From Anthoceros angustus (lineage: Eukaryota > Plantae > Anthocerotophyta): a DNA stretch of 64,000 nucleotides. Positions 24,901-37,026 of this stretch are shown here, one piece after another; position 1 is the stretch's first letter; every line of letters starts with the position of its first letter. The stretch is taken from contig MU008158.1 in assembly GCA_010909165.1 (NCBI GenBank), forward strand, positions 1,327,478 through 1,391,477, given 5' to 3'. The notes under the pieces are model-generated. The model had not been told where the DNA came from and did no database searches. It saw only the letters and a list, made by a program, of their open reading frames with translations. The position numbers and the translations under genes are program-made.

Positions 24901-26717
24901 TGGAGTCGGGCCGTCTCCTGCTTGCCAGGTGCTCGGCGGGGCACCAAGAGGAGGAAGCGGGGATATCTTCCACACTTCCCTAGGTGGTGAGGGGTCCGTT
25001 CGACGTATGGAGTCAGTATCCTTCGATCGTCCTCCTCCGGACCCGTTTGGCCCTAGGGGTCGGGCCTCTACCTCAGGCGCCTTTGCCGCTCTGCTTCAGT
25101 AGGGGCCCAGCCCTTTCCGGGCGCCGCTCTACCTCCCCATCCTTGAGAGTCGTAATGTCCCCATACATGGATCGGTATGGGGATAGTCCGGACGGAGGCT
25201 TCTCGCCTCACTGGGCCTCTCCGAACCCGCGAAGATGATCCTTCCCAGTCCGCCTCTTGCCCTTGCCGCGCATGCGGGAACACCACAAATTATCACCAAG
25301 GTGATCCACCTTGGTGAGCAAGTTCGATGGACAATGATCAGACTCTGCCCTCACCTACATCCGGTGGTCCGAGTATCAACGGCCGTTGGTTGTCCGGTTG
25401 GCGCTTGTGGCGCTTGGCGCGCACAGAAGAGCAAGGGCCAGGCCAGTAGGCCAGTAGGCCAGGGGCCAGGGCATGCATGAGCCATGAGTGCGCAGGAGAA
25501 TAATAAGCGGACAGGTGTGGAATGTGATAAGCAGGACTGAGGAGAGTGCGGGTCAAGTCCGAGGACGAGATTGTTTAGGCGGGTGAAAGCAGAGGCTGAC
25601 TGGCCTGAATCCTGATGCGGCAGCGGGTCAGGGTCAGGGTCAGGGTTTGATCAGGAGGCGTGAAAAGTACGTGGGTGTAGCCTCCGCCTCCGCCTCTGCG
25701 TCCTCTGCCTCTGCCTCCTTTGCCTCTGCCTTCGCCTTCGCCTCCGCCTCCCTTGCGCCTCTATCTTTCCCTCGCCTTGAGGGGCTCGGGACTCGCCCCA
25801 ACCTCCTCCGTTGGGCGGTTGTAAGCCGCCCTCGGACCTCAAGGTCCATCTCACAGGATCCTCCGGAGGTTCTTGGACGAACCTCCTTGTTGGCGCCAAC
25901 ATCTTCCGGCGAACTCCGGACGGTGACCTTGTCAAGCGTCGAACTGACTGGAACACGTCTAAGTGCCACTCTTGACTAATCCTCCGCCTCCTCCGGCCAT
26001 GGCCCAAAGTCCGGATAGCGCGGGTTACAATGTTGCGCTCTACCGGGTTCCATGGCTCCCATACCTCCATGACCTTCTTGGGTCCCATCGCCTTCTTCTC
26101 CTTTCTTGTGTGGTGATTGCAGATCGGCACGATCGCCCTCTTGGCGTTGTTGCTCCAACTAGCGGTGAGCAGCGGCAGATGCTGGCGTTCAAGAGATAGC
26201 GCGGGCGGGTTGCGGGCGCAAGAGGCTGCGGTGTCTCGGTCGCCGGAGAAATGACCCTCCTCGTCGGCCGTTGGAAATATTTGGGAGAGGTGCCTCTTCC
26301 TGTCTAGCGCGAGGTGCATGGCTTACTCGACCTTACGCGCCAGCGTACTCGGCCTTCTGCGCGCCGGTCGCGTGAATACTGCCTGCGGCCCAGCAGGTAT
26401 CGGTCTGGCATGCGACCTCCACTCGGGGCCGTCCACGTGGCGCCGCTCGATGCATCCTCACGACTCAACTTCTAAATTACTTTCCTGGCGTACTTATCTG
26501 TTTTGACCGGGTGGGGTCGGACTTATCCGTGCGGTGCGATCGTAGCTCGTCATAGTGCTACCGGGGTCCGTTACCCACTCCGGTCGGAGTATACTCGGGG
26601 CCGGTCGAGCACCATCCGTGCTTATTCCTCCCTTTCCGCCTTATTTTACTATTCGGACCTACGAAAAAAACAAAACCCCACTTATTTCCTAACCCCCAAG
26701 GGAAGTCCGTAGCCCAC
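21921..26717. mobile_element. ~4.8-kb GC-rich insertion of unresolved class (possibly LTR-retroelement-derived), with decayed minus-strand ORFs
   Basis: Flanked by ACAT direct repeats (21917-21920, 26718-26721). Removing it restores COQ3 KPLHVMQPT. TGTG (21924) ... CACA (26718) lie at or near the ends. No RT, integrase or transposase motif recognised. Confidence 0.7.
25388..25752 (+). repeat. ~365-bp copy of 28393-28768
   Basis: Near-identical sequence including the GGCCAGTA repeats and the GCCTCC/GCCTCT tract. Confidence 0.9.
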
Positions 26718-27418
26718 ACATGCAGTGGCTTATAAGGGGCCACCATGATCCCACCTACAGGTATCAACAGCTGTATTTCTTGAGTAGCAAAAATCTCTAG
26801 CACAACAATCACATATCTTACTAGGAGTCGGTAATCAAAGCGAACTTAGCCAGATCAGTAGAATCCTTGGCAGAGTCTGAGTCCGACTTAGATGTAGTGG
26901 ACTGTTTTGGCAGATCAATATGGTTGTCTCCCACTGCGTCGTGCTTCTCAACAGTGACCTTATCCCCTACAATTGAAGTGAAGAAAGGACTTTGCTGCAA
27001 AATAGCATGTGGGAGTTGCCGATGGACCCAAAGAAGTGGAGGCACCACCCTCCATGCTTGCGAGCGAGCACGACGGGTGGAATGTATGCAGTGCCGGCAC
27101 CATGCTACATATTCATGACAACAACCCATCAGAGGTGTGCGCCGGTTCGCTATCATTTGATGCAGGAATCGATGATTGTTACATCGATGTAAACTCGGTT
27201 TCTGCTTTTTAAGGAATCCTATACCTATGCACTAAAAGTACCCAGGTCTCCAAAATTTGATAAATGCTCTCTTTTTATGAGCAAGGTATGCTTTTTGCCT
27301 TTCAATTGAAGGAAGGTAGACTCAAGAGGAATTAGAAAAAAGAACATTTTTAAATTCTCTGGCTCTGAATCTTAACCATGAATTTTATCATAAGTCAAAT
27401 TATGATATTTGTGAGCCC

Positions 27419-27882
27419 TAGGTAGCTTCAAGATAGACAATCGGGGGCTAGTCCCCTTTACTAGAGCTATTTAGAGGGTTGTTTGTAGGTAGCTGCAAGT
27501 AGACAATTGGGGGCTAGTCCCCTTGGCCAGGGGTCTATAGAGGGTTGTTTGTAGGTAGCTTCAAGGTAGACAATGAGGGCTAGTCCCCTTGGCCAGGACT
27601 CTCTAGAGAGTTGTTTGTAGGTAGCTTCAAGTACACAATTGGGGGCTAGTCCCCTTGGCCAAGGCTCTCTAGAGGGTTGCTCATAGGTAGCTTCAAGGTA
27701 GACAATGGGGGCTAGTCCCCTTGGTCAGGACTCTCTAAAGGGTTGTTCCTAGGTAGCTTCAAGGTAGACAATTGGGGGCTAGTTCCCTTGGCCAGGGCTC
27801 TCTAAAGGGTTGTTCATAGGTAGCTTCAAGGTAGACAATCGGGGGATAGTTCCCTTGGCCAGGGCTCTCTAGACGGTTATTC
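27419..27882. repeat. Minisatellite, 7 copies of a 66-67-bp unit
   Basis: Units start at 27419, 27486, 27552, 27618, 27684, 27750 and 27817 (TAGGTAGCTTCAAG..GGGGGCTAGTCCCC..CTCTAGAGGGTTG). Confidence 0.92.
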
Positions 27883-30094
27883 CCAGACTAGAACCCTCTA
27901 GAGAATCGTTCCCTGTAGCCTCTAGTAGATGGCGGGACTTTCAATCTCTCTGCATATTTATAAAGTCTCCATGTAGAATTGTTCCCTAGTTTCTATGTAA
28001 AATTTTAAGATGCATGACAAATTCTAACTCTACATATATATATGTTCTACCTCTACATACATATATATGTAGAAGCAGAACATAATGACGCCTAGACTCT
28101 CCATGATTGGATTGGATTCATTGAATAGAGAGAGAGAATAATTTTTTGGTATTCCGTTGTGCGTCACAAGACATGCTTTGTTGGCAGGGAAGGGAGACGA
28201 GTGCGCTGATTTGGTTTATAGTAGAGTATGGTGGTGTGTATGGTAGGTTAGGGAGAAGCCCCAAAGACTTGCGAGGACTTGGTGATTGCACGTTTGGTGC
28301 AAGAAATGGAATGACGGTTATCCCGAATGACGCACTGGACGTTTTGTCAAAAACGAAGAGTCCAGCGATGATAAGGCCGAGTCCGGGAGTCCGGTTGTCC
28401 GGTTGGCGCTTGTGGCGCTTGGCGCGCGCACAGAAGAGCAAGGGCCAGTAGGCCAGTAGGCCAGTAGGCCAGGGGGCCAGGGCATGCATGAGCCATGAGT
28501 GCGCAGGAGAATAATAAGCGGACAGGTGTGGAATGTGATAAGCAGGACTGAGGAGAGTGCGGGGTCGGGAGTCCGAGGACGAGATTGTTTAGGCGGGTGA
28601 AAAGCAGAGGCTGACTGGCCTGAATCCTGATGCGGCAGCGGGGTCGGGGTCGGGGTCGGGGTTTGATCGGGAGGCGTGAAAAGTACGTGGGTGTAGCCTC
28701 CGCCTCCGCCTCTGCGTCCTCTGCCTCTGCCTCCTTTGCCTCTGCCTTCGCCTTCGCCTCCGCCTCCCACTCCCAGGCCAGTGCAAACACTCACGCTCCG
28801 CTACGCAACGGATATTGTATGTGGTTCAGGTTGATCTGACATTCAATGTCTTGAACGACTCAATGATCGGATTCCCGCTGCTCCTCCTCCTCCTCCTCCT
28901 CCTGCTCGCTGTGTTCTCTTTTTGAAAATAGTCTAGCCTAGTCTACTTGCTCGGGCTGTGCATACTTCCCAAGTCTTGGTGGGAATATTCGGACGCGGCG
29001 TGGGCGGGACTCGAGGCCGTCCGCTGCTGCAACACCTGGTCCCTGGTATATTCCGCTGCCGCTGCCGGCGTGCCGCTGCCGGTGTGCCGCTTCCGCTTCC
29101 GCTTCCGCACGGCCCGTTTCCCATTTACCGTTCCCCGTTTCAATCACATTTTCAGGTTTGAGGCATTAACTATTGGTACTAGCTACTAGGTTTTGTACTT
29201 GTATAGCTAGCTAAAGTATGCAGGTACATACATAAGACGAGGCAGGAGGCAGCACAGCAGGCGAGGCGAGGCGTGGTTAGCCCATGGCAGCAAGTGGGTG
29301 ACAGGCAATTGGATATGACGCAAGTGGCGCCTCCCCTTTCTCTCTCTCTACTTCAAGTTGGCATCATGGGGTCGTACTTACGCCAACAACTAGCAAGTGA
29401 AGGCGAATTATTGCATGGTACGCAGTGCTCAGCGCAGTTTGAGCGGAGCGGGCAGAGTCTTAATCGACGTCACAGGTGAGGGGGCAGGCCGGGGGCAGGC
29501 CGGGGGCCGGGCCAGGGCCTGCACGCTGCACACTGGTCCACAGGAGCCTCCGCCCACTACCCCCTGTACATACTACATACAATACTTGCATTTACCGATT
29601 CACCCATTTACTGCACGTACTACGTACGGGAGGCGCCTCACGACTCACAGTCTCGCTGCTCACGACTTGACTGAGCAGCTTTAAGGGAAAATGAAAGCAA
29701 CAACCACAACCGGGCCAGTAGCGTATGCGTATGTGGAGGAAGTGGTACGAGTGGACGACTGAAAGTGAATGCAGCCTGGATGTACAGTACCGCCGCTTCC
29801 CTACATTCGCGGGCACTGCAGAGAGAGAAGGCCCAGGTCCAGGTCCAGGCCCAGGCCCCCAGGGCACTGGAGCCGCTGAAGGGAGGCGGCCCGATTCGGG
29901 CCGCAGTACACAAGCGGCCGCAGGAAAGGCAGCGGCAGAGGCAGAGGCAGCGGCAGGAGGAAGGCACATGCGGGCCGCCTGTCGGCAAAATCCCAGCAGA
30001 TCTGTCTGTGAGCGGGTGCCAACATGCAACCATGATCCATCCTCCCTTCTATTTGCCCCTACGCCTACGGGCCCAGACACCGGACGCCAGGCCC

Positions 30095-30302
30095 CAGAGC
30101 CCAGAACCCAGAACCCAGAACCCAGAACCCAGAACCCAGAACCCAGACCCCAGACATGGCATGACGTCGCTTGCCACCACAGGGGTTCCCGAATCCCACC
30201 GGGCGCTTTGCCTGTTCCTCCCTCTACCGTACCCCAACCGGGAACCGGGAACCAGGAACCAGGAACCAGGAACCAGGAACCGGCAACCAGCAACCAGCAA
30301 CC
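30095..30302. repeat. Heptamer microsatellites (CCAGAAC)n and (GGAACCA)n/(GCAACCA)n
   Basis: Directly visible tandem 7-mers. Confidence 0.9.
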
Positions 30303-30922
30303 AGGGGTCGTCTCACACACCGACCTTGCAGTCTGCGACGCGCAGTATACGCAATCTGATAAGCGGCAGCAGCATGAAGCGAAGCCATGGCAGTGCACGA
30401 GATAACGCTGGGACTGGCTGCTGGCTGCCTGGCCGCCGAGTGCGCCGTTTTAACAAAGTTTATAAATACGTAGATTAAAGACTGTGCCTGTGGCTACCAC
30501 AGTGTGGGGTAATGTACACATCGCACCTAAGGTAACGTAACGTGCCCGGGTCTGAGTGTCCGAGTGTCCGAGTGGGGCAGGAAGCACGATTCGGAACAAG
30601 GAACTCAAAAGTAGTGTGTCGTCTCTTCGTGCGATTGCCAGGCCATGCCCGATTCAAGGACACCACTGTACACAAAACTGAATCGGAGTGAGGCTGGGCA
30701 GGCCGGGCTACCTAGGCCCTACGCCCCAGGCCCTACGCTAGGGCTACGCCAAAATTTCTCCCCTCATTGCTTGGCTTTGCTCCGCTGCTAATGCTACTAG
30801 CAGCTGCTGCTGATGCCGCTGCCGCGGAGCCTGCTGCTAACAAGGGGAGGTGGAGGAAGAAGACAGCAACAGCGAGGAAGGGAGCAGAGCAAGGGAGAGC
30901 AGAGAATACAGCCACAACTTCC

Positions 30923-32363
30923 CTACTTGGCTACAGTGCGGGCAACTCGGTGCTGTGCAATGTTGGACGCTGCAAAATTCTGCTGCTTCTTCAAAAAGTA
31001 AGTGAAGGTGAGCAACGTCTCATTCTCCTCAACCACCTGCGCGAGTAGGGTAACGCTGGCTAGCGTCAGCCGACCTGACTGCGTCCGACACTTGACACCC
31101 CCTTACCCCACCCGCATACGTATACGCATACGTCACCACAAAATCCACAAAATACACAAAATCAACCACCCCACCTACCTGGGCAGCGAAGTGACGAGCC
31201 ACCACTGGAACCAGCTCCTCCTGGAACGGACACAAAAACGATACCAGTCTTGTAAGTAACCGCGGCCCGGGCCGGGCCGGGCCGGCCGGGCCTCCAAGCT
31301 TCCAGAACATTCGGCGGGACAGGAAAAGCGCAGACAGGGTAGAAAAGGGATTTCGAACTGCTTACTTTGCACCCGCTACCAACTTCTCTCAGATTGTATG
31401 CACGCCGATAACGCTTCAATGATGATGTCTACACATACCAACACCCCCGTACGCATCACAACCCTGGGGCTACCCTAGCCATAGCGCACACACAACTTCC
31501 ATTTCATCTGCGCATCGGGATAGATTCGAGACTGCCTCACCTCCAGCTTGGAGAGATCAACCAGCAGCCTCCTTGTGCTTCTCAGAGGCAACTGCACCTT
31601 GGGCTTGTGTTCCACGTCCTGCAATGGTGCCACACTCACGTTCTACCGCCTGCCTTTTCAAGCACCAAGAACCATCAAGGCAGATCATGCAGGGCAGAAG
31701 GGACTCACCATGGCATCTCCCGAGTGCTCGTGGGCTGATGGACGACCGGGACGTTTTCGCTCCCCCAATTCCTGAGCACTCTACGCCATCCACCAACGCC
31801 TCTCAGAAAAACGCGGTCAATTGCCATGAACTGGGCTGGCAGGCATCTACTCACCTCCCTGCAGCTAGGGCAAAGATAGAATGCCGTGGAATCTACTTCA
31901 TTTCCAGCTGTGACCTCGCAATCAACGTGCACCCATCGGCGGCAGGTGCGATTATCGCACCCCACCCACTGTTTTCAAGCACACGCACGAAGTGAAGGTG
32001 AGACTCCTGTGCCTGTGCCTGTGCCTGTTCCTGTTCCTGTTCCAGTTACACCTCCTCCTGACTTCCAAGATGCATATCAACCATGCGACACTACACAAAT
32101 TTCAGGCGGTACCCACCTCCTTCCCGTCAAAGCTGTCGGGATCTTTCTCGCGATAGATCTGCACACAGAACGGGCAGTACTTCCCCTGCACAAGCAATTG
32201 AAGCGCCAATCTGTGAGCATCGGAAGACCCCATGCCGAGATCTGAGACGAACATGACCCAAAATCCACTCACCTGATCAAAATTGATCTTGCAAGCATTG
32301 CACAGAGTGACAAACTTGGGTTCCTCGTCAGTCCCATAGTTCCGCACGTGCCACCGGCACGTC
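30923..32363 (-). CDS. Multi-exon gene: GATA-like Zn-finger half + PHD finger + SAP30 Sin3-binding domain (5' exons unresolved, probably 32400-32900)
   Basis: Eight phase-consistent GT-AG exons: 32363-32273, 32185-32117, 31968-31855, 31780-31709, 31618-31541, 31428-31366, 31220-31179, 31036-30923. Translation gives TLCNAC; the C4HC3 pattern CPFC..CDNRTC..HVDC..CPSC; and VDLSKLETSSLKRYRRAYNL..KEELVPVVARHFAAQVVEENETLLTF. Confidence 0.8.
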
Positions 32364-35300
32364 CTGCACACACCATTCCCCGCCATCACATCCACGGATT
32401 CCGACCAGGCGGTCCATCCCAAGGAGAAACACCGCAATCAACCCCATTGATGGGATTCACACCCAGGGAAAACAAGGAAAGGGGAGGAAGCGACAACCCA
32501 AGAAACAGCGGCCCGGAATCTGGGCCCCGTATCCGTTAGCAGGTTCGGACATCAAGTGCTGTTCATCTCCACAGGAAGCTAGACCGATGAATGTTGCTCA
32601 ACAATCTTTTGGACTGGGATACAAATTTTCCTCTGCCCGGTCTGCCTCTGCCGGACACGTTCCCAATCTTGCCTGTTGGTAGATCGCTACAAGTCCAGGC
32701 ATGAAGGGAGGCTCGGAAGAAGGAGTGGGAACACAAATCGATCGTTGTTTCACATCCGAGGACCCCGCGCGACAACTAGCGCGCTGCTCGCAAACCACAA
32801 GCGGGTGACAAGCCAGGTACAGACAGCTCAGCTCTTCCTTGCCATCATCGGACAGCAGTCATAAACATCGGCGACGTCTGCACGATCGCAGAAAAAGGAG
32901 GGCACCCAGACTTGACGGCCGTGGCAGCATTCCCATTTCCCCCGCAATTCCTCGGCAGGCAGGCAGGCAGGCAGGCAGGCATCCGGCGGATGATGTGCAG
33001 AAAAACTCCCCAAGGGAATAGCTGCATTCTTGCCAAGCCATCCCAGCGACGGAGCAAATCTCACCACCAAAAACATCTCACAGAGCAGCTAGCAGGGACA
33101 AAGATGACGCAGTACATGAGATGAGATGCGAGGGAAGCCCTGAGCTGAGCAGCAAACAAAGCTCTCACCTCAAGAAAAGGGGAATTTGACTTGGACTGGA
33201 CTTTACGGGACAAGAGCCCGGCAGACCCGGGCGGACACAGAGCAAGGGAAACTTACGGGCCATCTCCAGGAGATGTTCGCTTGCAGTGCGGATTCGAGCA
33301 CAACTGCGATGTGAGCATTGGCACTCAATTCTCGATCATACGTAGAGCACGTCCGAAAGCGAGTCCCGCGGATCCGCAACCGCGGATGCAGAGCCCCTCC
33401 TCCCCTCCCTCGAATCCGATAAACTAAGCCCCGAGCACCTCAGATCCAGCGCACACGTCTCCTCCAAACCTGCCCTCCCACGCTCCTCAATTTGCCAGTC
33501 CCCCCAGCACGCGGCTCAAAGAACCAGACCAGCAGCAGCAACGCGGGCAAGATCCCGTGACAGCAAGGGGGCGGGAAATGCGCTACTCCCAAGACTCCCG
33601 TCTCCCCTCTCTCCCCCCTCCGGCCACACACCAGCTCCCACCAATTTCAAGAATGCGGCACCACCCTCCCCGCAATGATCCACCTCGCACGCAAGATCCG
33701 CGTAGCCCAATTCCTCACCACGCCCCGCAATCCCTCCTCCCGCAGGTTCAAGAATTGGCCCTGGGCTCCCCCGAATTGGAGGCCTCCAGATCCCCGGCCC
33801 CCGCTCGGCCCCGGCAATTTGGCTCCGCGTTCTTGGCTCCGCGCCCCCAATTGCTGCAATGCTAGGCCAAACTCCCAACGTCCCTCCTGCGCAGCAGCAG
33901 GCTAAGGGAGAGAGAACCCCGCTCAGGCCAGCACAGAGCGAACGATCCCCTGCTCCGGCTCCGGCTCCAAACTGCGCTCCTGCAGGCTGCACTGGGCTGC
34001 TGCTCCTGGCTGCGTGCTCTGCTCTGCTCTGCTATGCTCTGCTCTGCACTGCCCTGCTCTCCTCTGCTCTGCGCTCGCAGTGGTCGACAGGTTCCACTCT
34101 CCGTCGTCTTGCTTGTGCCTTGCCTGCTGCAGGCTCGCTTCCTTGTGCTGGCTCTCCACTGCTGCTGGCCCGTCCCGTCCCGTCCCTCTTCTGACGCGCG
34201 CCTCTCTCCTCTCTCTTCCCGCGCTCTCTCCCCTCTCTCTGTGTTGTAATTGTACGCTTTGTAGGGCACGGCCGGGTAAAAAGGCCTTTAAAATTGCTTA
34301 AAGGCGGGAGGGTGGTAACCCGAGCGCGGGTGGCGGTAACCCGGGGGGCGGAATCCCCAGGCACAGCGCTGGCCCAATGGGTTAGGCAGCCACGTCACCG
34401 ATCGACCCCGCCGGCGAATCGAAATTGCAATTGCAATTGCAATTGCGGCAGCGTAGGCATGAGTATGGATATTGCGGATCTGCCGGCGCGGGGCCCACCC
34501 GATCGGACCATCCGACCGTCGCCTCCATGTATACATCGGCCCATGCCCATTGGCCATGCCAATGGCAAATGCCCATGGCCCATGGCCCATGGCCCATGCG
34601 GCATCGGTCTGCGCCGGTTCCAAACAACGGCAGTATTTTGTCGCTTGCGCTTGCGGCTGCGCAAAGGCGGCGCGCCTCGATAGGGCTGACGTGGGGACTG
34701 GATCTGTGGCGTGGCGCGAATCGGAATGTGGCGGGCCCCATCCGCTGGGTTTTGGTTCCATGATGCCAGCAACCCCACTCCCTCCTCCTCGTCGTGGGAA
34801 GAGTGCCTTCCCCCTCCCCCCCCCACCATCGCTCCATCACCATGTTTTCTCACAACCTCCAAGCTTATCACTACCTGCAAGGAACTTCGCAGAATGACTT
34901 CACATTTGAGTGCCTCGATGGCTGTTCTCACTTATCAATATTTTTATTATATATTTATTTATTGGGATTCTTTATCTTTTCATTCGCTAACGGGAAAGTG
35001 TTTTAAGATGTGAAACCGTGGGAAATGTTCTCGAATAAATGAGATGTCAAGAATAACACCGTAGTAAAGTTTTAAGCAATATATCATAATATTCTAAAGA
35101 TATGCTTGAGGATAGATTCAAAATCTAGCTTATCATGTACATAGATTTGAACTATTGTACACAAGGCAGCTGACTCCTCAATCCTTGATTTAGACATATA
35201 TACTCCTCAACCCTTGACTTAGAGATATATATTGTCTAGGCAAAGCTTATGATGCACTCATCTATACTCTTTCTTTCCCACTTCTTTGTCGATAATCCTA

Positions 35301-36953
35301 GTAGAGAGACTCAAAGTCCTTTCCCAACCTTAGAAAACGTGAATACTAGGCAAGAATTCTTGTTTCAGGGAGGCCGGACTCCTTCAAACAACATGGTCAA
35401 GAAGATGGACAGTAAGTTTGAGTGTCTAGAGACCCTGCATCTCATCCAAATTCCGATTGGTTGCCGAGCCACCCAAATTGTTTGTCCTTTGAAGATGGAA
35501 TGATTCTTTGCTCTTTGAAGTAGGAATGACCTTCCAAACAAGCGAGGTGATGTTTCTCCAATTATATTACAGTATGTAAATCATTTATAAGGTCTCGTAA
35601 GTCCTTTGTGTAGGTTTTCTTAGTTATGACATCATTGGAGTGGTAGGTGATTTCTTCATTCCAATACTGAGGGTCCATAGCATTACATTTCATGGTGATC
35701 TTTAGGGTCCTCCTCTACAATATCTTATACTAGATGAGGTACCGGTATCATTAAAAACACAAAACCTTCATGATTATGAAGTCATTGCATAACATAATGT
35801 TTCACATAAACTACTCCATTCCTGTTTGTGATGGTTGTACGTCAAGACATATTAGATTTAATTGAATGGGATAAAAAAAATTAAAAATTGAATAAAAAAG
35901 ATAAAATTGTTACTTGATGGAACAACGTACTCAACTCCTCCTAAAAATGAGAAGAACACGTTTGAAAAGTTGGTATTGCATGATAGGGAAAAACTTATTT
36001 ATATCAAGGAATATAATATTGAAATTATTTTCAAACCGAGAAGGATACATTTGGAAAGTTGGTATTGCATATCATGGAGAAGAGCTTATTCACGTGAGAT
36101 GAAAACTCATGATGATATTTTAAAAATATTTATCATATCATATATTATAAATAATTTTTAATAACATTCAAAAATATAAAATATTATATATAATTATTTA
36201 ATAACTTAACTATTTTAAATTATATTCTACGTACTATACTAAATAATTAGTGTTATAAAGTTTTTTATCAACACCGGAGGAGGAAAGAATGCAACGAGAT
36301 ATGCAGCCTAGGACGCGTCAGACGCGCGTGCTTACACTTATGGTGGCACGGGACCGGGTATGTACATACATACATATGTAAGTAGAAGAGGTGGAGTGGA
36401 GAGTGCTGTCTCTGACCGGTCCTGTCCTGACTCCCGTTCCGTCCCGTCCCGTCCAAGAGTGATGGCATGACATGGGTGGACCGTGGGACGTGGGCCGTGG
36501 GCCTTCACGTGGCCCGCGCTGCCTGCCACGCTCGCCGTACCCTCCAGCGGCCCAGCCAGGCTTCACGTCCAGTCCCGGGTAGCATACACGGCAGAGGCAG
36601 ACGCAGGGGGCACGGACACGGACGCCTAATTAACACAGGGAGTGGACAGTAACTACTCCCTCGGGAGTTGGCTAGGTAGTCAGTACGACCGCGCTGTCCG
36701 TCACTCGTGCCGTCGTTAATTAAGCCGGCCGGTACAGCCATCATCATCTGATGCCGCAGCCGGTCGCCCTGCCTCTCATCACTCATTCTCTGCCGTTGAG
36801 CTGTGTCACTGCCCCAATTAATTACGGACACATATTTATTTCTTGAGCTGTCACCTAAAATGACAACCCTACCACCAATCGCCTTCACCGCCTTGCCATC
36901 ATCATGTGGACTGATGGATCAATAAGTCAATAATGATGTTACCGGTTTAAGTT

Positions 36954-37026
36954 TTCCGTTGCCGGGACTCGAACCCGGGTCGCTCGGGTGAGAGCCGAGT
37001 ATCCTAACCGTCTAGACTACAACGGA
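36954..37026 (-). tRNA. tRNA-Glu(CTC)
   Basis: TCCGTTG acceptor stem pairs with CAACGGA. Anticodon arm CTCGG-CT CTC AC-CCGAG; T arm CCGGG-TTCGAGT-CCCGG. CAA immediately upstream, as is typical for plant tRNA genes. Confidence 0.97.

Larger units (their letters stand above)
20992..27150 (-). pseudogene. COQ3: Ubiquinone biosynthesis O-methyltransferase pseudogene, intron-containing, split by an insertion
   Basis: Exon remnants in COQ3 order: DLAKFALITDS* (~26822-26860); WDHGGP-YKPLHV (~26720-26758) // MQPTKISFI*..LCKHF (~21864-21915); RPLEGMAILDAGCSGGLACE; PLARPRGQVMGVD; ARDPPTSTICY; NLVEEEQQFDVVIFLE; VIEHVIDLKEFYKSLAAL..STINRFIRSWGLAIMAAKYI. Stops and frameshifts present. Outer ends approximate. 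Confidence 0.85.

Noticed and set aside
27419-27882. CRISPR-like array
   Set aside because: Whole units repeat with no unique spacers, no cas genes, and the context is eukaryotic. The same applies to 55270-55518.
29592-30478. Long overlapping ORFs (226-268 aa)
   Set aside because: Produced by GC-rich microsatellites; open on both strands with no domain signal.
35250-36160. Possible retroelement or gene remnant in AT-rich DNA
   Set aside because: No motif that I could support.
36857-36953. Dicistronic tRNA-snoRNA (first T4 terminator ~93 nt downstream; box C-like ATGATGA at 36899-36905)
   Set aside because: No box D (CTGA) or terminal stem before the terminator.
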